Positions 62,681 through 64,000 of a DNA stretch of 64,000 nucleotides are shown here, one piece after another. Location: contig JBNKHE010000001.1 of NCBI GenBank assembly GCA_050290185.1, positions 418,713-482,712 of the forward strand. Direction: 5' to 3'. A model generated the notes under the pieces. It was not told the DNA's origin and did no database searches. It saw only the letters and a program-made list of their open reading frames with translations. Position 1 is the first letter of the stretch; every line of letters begins with the position of its first letter. The DNA is from Pontiella sp. (lineage in GTDB: Bacteria; Verrucomicrobiota; Kiritimatiellia; Kiritimatiellales; Pontiellaceae). A program made the position numbers and the translations under genes.

Positions 62681-63025
62681 ATGAGCGATTTACCCAACTG
62701 CCCGAAATGCGAATCCGAATACTGCTATGAAAACCAGGATATGCTGGCCTGCCCCGATTGCGGCCACGAATGGAACCCGGCCGATGAAACCGCCGCATCG
62801 GAAGATGAGGGTCTGGTGGTCAAGGATGCTGTCGGCAATGTACTGAAGGACGGCGACGACATCACCGTTATCAAAGACCTGAAGGTCAAAGGCGCATCGC
62901 AACCGCTCAAGGTCGGCACCAAGGTCAAGGGCATCCGCCTCGTCGAAGGCGACCACAACATTGACTGCAAGATTGCCGGTTTCGGCGCCATGAAGCTCAA
63001 GTCCGAGTTCGTCAAAAAGGCATAA
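62681..63025 (+). CDS. yjdM: YjdM/PhnA zinc-ribbon protein
   Basis: CPKC...[24 protein letters not shown]. Confidence 0.92.
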   Translation: MSDLPNCPKCESEYCYENQDMLACPDCGHEWNPADETAASEDEGLVVKDAVGNVLKDGDDITVIKDLKVKGASQPLKVGTKVKGIRLVEGDHNIDCKIAGFGAMKLKSEFVKKA

Positions 63026-63033
63026 GCCAATTA

Positions 63034-63109
63034 TCACCACCCGTCCCGCTAGAGATCACAGAGTTACACAGAGCATATTACCTCCGTGTCCCTCTGTGTC
63101 CTCTGAGGT
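63034..63109. repeat. CACAGAG-type palindromic element
   Basis: TCACCAC...CTAGAGATCACAGAGTTACACAGAG...CTCCGTGTCCCTCTGTGTCCTCTGAGGT. Confidence 0.7.
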
Positions 63110-63128
63110 AAAAAAACAGGTAGAGAAT

Positions 63129-63830
63129 ATGGCTTTTGAACTCCAAAGCATCGTGCCATGGGGCCCTTCGTTCGAAGAATACGTCGCCATGTTTGCACTT
63201 TCGGAACACGACCTGTCCAAGCGCATTCTCGGTTGCGGCGATGGACCGACCAGCTTCAATACCCATCTGACACAACGAGGGGGATGCGTGGTCTCCGTCG
63301 ATCCGTTGTATGCCCATAGCACGGAAGAAATCAGCAAGCGCATCGACGAAACCTTCCAGGAAGTTCTCCACCAAGCGCGCCTGAACCGGGACGAGTTTGT
63401 CTGGGACCGGATCACGAGTGTCGACGAGCTGGGCCAAATCCGGATGGCGTCGATGCGCGATTTCCTCGCCGACTACGAAACAGGAAAGGCGGAGAAACGG
63501 TATCTGCCGCAAGCGCTGCCCCGCTTGGATTTCCCGGATCGATCATTCGACCTGTGCATCTGTTCGCATTTCCTGTTCCTGTACAGCGACCAACTCGACC
63601 TCGCCTTTCATCTGGCGGCGATCAAAGAACTATGCCGTGTCTCGGAAGAAGTCAGGATATTCCCATTGCTGAAACTGGGAACGGAGCACTCCCCTCATGT
63701 AGAGCCGGTCTGCGAATACTTCACTGCCGCTGGATATGAGGTATCGAAAGTTCAGGTTTCGTACGAATTCCAGCGAGGCGGAGATAAAATGCTGCAACTC
63801 AGAACGTCCAAGGGAATTGATTCCGAGTAG
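63129..63830 (+). CDS. SAM-dependent methyltransferase-like protein
   Basis: ILGCGDGP.SF, FDL..CSHFLF.Y, EVRIFPL; start ATG 63129. Confidence 0.8.
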   Translation: MAFELQSIVPWGPSFEEYVAMFALSEHDLSKRILGCGDGPTSFNTHLTQRGGCVVSVDPLYAHSTEEISKRIDETFQEVLHQARLNRDEFVWDRITSVDELGQIRMASMRDFLADYETGKAEKRYLPQALPRLDFPDRSFDLCICSHFLFLYSDQLDLAFHLAAIKELCRVSEEVRIFPLLKLGTEHSPHVEPVCEYFTAAGYEVSKVQVSYEFQRGGDKMLQLRTSKGIDSE

Positions 63831-63841
63831 CGAAACTGGAA

Positions 63842-64000
63842 CTATTCCTGCGTTTCACCTTCAGGAGCAGCGGCTTCAGTGGCATCAACTTCGGACGGCG
63901 CATTACGGGGTTTCCCGCCAAGCAGGACGACGACCTGCTCCTGCACTTGCTCGAGCTCATCGAGTTTGAGTTCAGGATCAACGACCATGAAGCTTTCGCC
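63842..64000 (-). CDS. 3' end of an unidentified gene (partial)
   Basis: Open frame from the window edge: GESFMVVDPELKLDELEQVQEQVVVLLGGKP...ETQE*. Confidence 0.6.
   Translation of the reverse strand, partial: GESFMVVDPELKLDELEQVQEQVVVLLGGKPRNAPSEVDATEAAAPEGETQE

Overview
Bacterial, GC-rich (roughly 55-60% by eye), gene-dense window from a diderm, possibly a PVC-superphylum/Kiritimatiellota-like organism (weak inference). It opens with housekeeping genes (partial miaA, lspA, dksA-like, ileS, pgk). A ~43 kb nitrogen island follows (6.4-49.1 kb). It holds Moco genes, NarK and NrtABCD-type nitrate transport, a PP2C-kinase fusion and two Nas-type nitrate reductases, one paired with a DmsB-DmsC fusion. 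It also holds a group II-type Mo-nitrogenase cluster (nifH-I1-I2-D-K, nifE-N-B-fdx-V) and two NifA-like activators, with eight sigma-54 promoter motifs. A cobalamin-riboswitch-controlled B12 uptake operon and miscellaneous genes close the window. There are two main leads. (1) Where a siroheme nitrite reductase would be expected, there is an NADH-flavin/[2Fe-2S] protein fused to a His-containing membrane domain, followed by an 11-heme cytochrome c, a monoheme lipoprotein and a globin. This is a candidate siroheme-independent, trans-membrane nitrite/NO reduction system. (2) A GxxExxY nuclease-fold gene bounded by 30-bp inverted repeats sits between exbB and exbD. A deleted remnant, a half-site and many short-period palindromic repeats at gene junctions suggest a mobile-cassette system. 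All calls come from motif recognition by eye, with no database searches.
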